A stretch of 64,000 bases of DNA. Source: an uncultured delta proteobacterium. GTDB taxonomy: Bacteria; Myxococcota_A; Polyangia; Polyangiales; Polyangiaceae. The position numbers and the translations under genes were made by a program. This document shows, in pieces, positions 63,015-64,000 of this stretch (its first letter is position 1; the number at the start of each line of letters is the position of its first letter). The notes below the pieces were generated by a model. That model had not been told where the DNA came from. It ran no database searches and was given only the letters and a program-made list of their open reading frames with translations. The stretch covers positions 256,001-320,000 of the forward strand of contig CAVQUB010000021.1 in assembly GCA_963716725.1 (NCBI GenBank). Direction: 5' to 3'.

Positions 63015-63850
63015 TTCTGCTCGGCGGAAGCGATGTGGGCGGCGGCCTCGACCCACTTGCCCAACAAGGCGGTGAAGGTGGTTCGCGTCTTCTTCGCGGT
63101 CTCTTCGACCTCCGAGTGGTCGAGCAGCGCGTCCGAGAGTCCGGCACCGAGGTTGGTGATGCAGCTCATGGCGCCGACCCGCACACCACGATGGCGGAGC
63201 ACGAGCACCTCGGGGACCGTGCTCATCCCAACAGCGTCGGCACCGAGGGTGCGCAGCATGCGGATCTCTGCCGGCGTCTCGTAGCTCGGTCCCAGGAGTC
63301 CAGCGTAGACGCCCTCTTGCAGCTTCACTCGGAGCTCGCGAGCGGCCGCGCGCGCGGCCTCGGCGAGCTCGAGATCGTAAGCCCGTGTCATGTCCGGAAA
63401 GCGCGGGCCGGCGCCAGCTTCATTGGGACCAACGAGGGGGTTGTCCCCCATCAAGTTCAGGTGGTCGACGATCAGCATCAGGTCACCAGGCGAAAACCCT
63501 GCCTTGATTCCACCTGCTGCGTTGGTCAAGAGCACGGCGCGGCAACCAAGCTCTGCGAGGAGGCGCACGCCAAAGGTGACCCGTTCGAGAGCGTGGCCCT
63601 CGTAGACGTGGACCCTCCCCTGCAAGCACGCAACCCGTGCCTCGCCCACCGTGCCGAGGCACAGGTTGCCAGCGTGCCCCACCACGGACGACTCCGGCAT
63701 GTGGGGGATCTCGGAGTAAGGCAGCTTCACGAGACCGGTCAGTGAATCGCCGAAGGCGCCCAGCCCCGACCCGAGCACCACACCCACCTGCGGGACCGGC
63801 GCCGCCAAGGCGCGGATCCGCGCGGCGGCTTCGACGAGGTCGCTGGCCAT
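63011..63850 (-). CDS. punA: purine-nucleoside phosphorylase (trimeric PNP I)
   Basis: LGSGLG, QGRVHVYEG, TNAAGG, GPSYETPAE, VGMSTVPE. Confidence 0.93.
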   Translation of the reverse strand: MASDLVEAAARIRALAAPVPQVGVVLGSGLGAFGDSLTGLVKLPYSEIPHMPESSVVGHAGNLCLGTVGEARVACLQGRVHVYEGHALERVTFGVRLLAELGCRAVLLTNAAGGIKAGFSPGDLMLIVDHLNLMGDNPLVGPNEAGAGPRFPDMTRAYDLELAEAARAAARELRVKLQEGVYAGLLGPSYETPAEIRMLRTLGADAVGMSTVPEVLVLRHRGVRVGAMSCITNLGAGLSDALLDHSEVEETAKKTRTTFTALLGKWVEAAAHIASAEQK

Positions 63851-64000
63851 GCCTCGGAGACTGGCAAAATCGGGCTGGCGGGACAAAGCGGATTCTCGCG
63901 CTCCCACCCCGAGCGCGCGTGCTATGGTCCGCGCCCCCCGCGGCCGGGTCCGGCCGCCCTTTGCCCCCCCGGCGCTCGCGCCGTCTCATCCCATGGACAT

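Overview
Very GC-rich, densely coding bacterial chromosome segment. It most likely comes from a Myxococcota (Polyangiales/Sorangiineae-like) genome, inferred from a FrzS-like pseudo-receiver/coiled-coil protein, a MYXO-CTERM-like tail, a zinc-ribbon/GYF protein, a Ser/Thr kinase and many Cys-rich lipoproteins. Most of the window is core metabolism and envelope genes: acyl-CoA dehydrogenase, thiolase, a MacAB/LolCDE-like ABC system, argDF, fur, cysteine desulfurase, PBP1A, pgeF, hisIE, a nucleoside-salvage operon with an ATE/Bpt transferase, and tRNA-Arg(UCU). Four features stand out. (1) A translationally coupled phosphorelay REC-HK-REC / Hpt / NosP(FIST) / NahK-like kinase, a candidate NO/heme sensor. 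(2) An IS630 element with intact TIRs at a CTAG site, whose catalytic half is replaced by a GxxExxY nuclease-like gene bounded by its own ~34-bp inverted repeats. (3) An intact but catalytically dead P1B-ATPase homolog (DKTGT->CARGT) between argF and fur. (4) A hydrazine-synthase-alpha-like diheme lipoprotein paired with an exported HEAT-repeat protein. Four genes have single-base frameshifts, probably sequencing errors. All family assignments come from motif recognition by eye, not from database searches.
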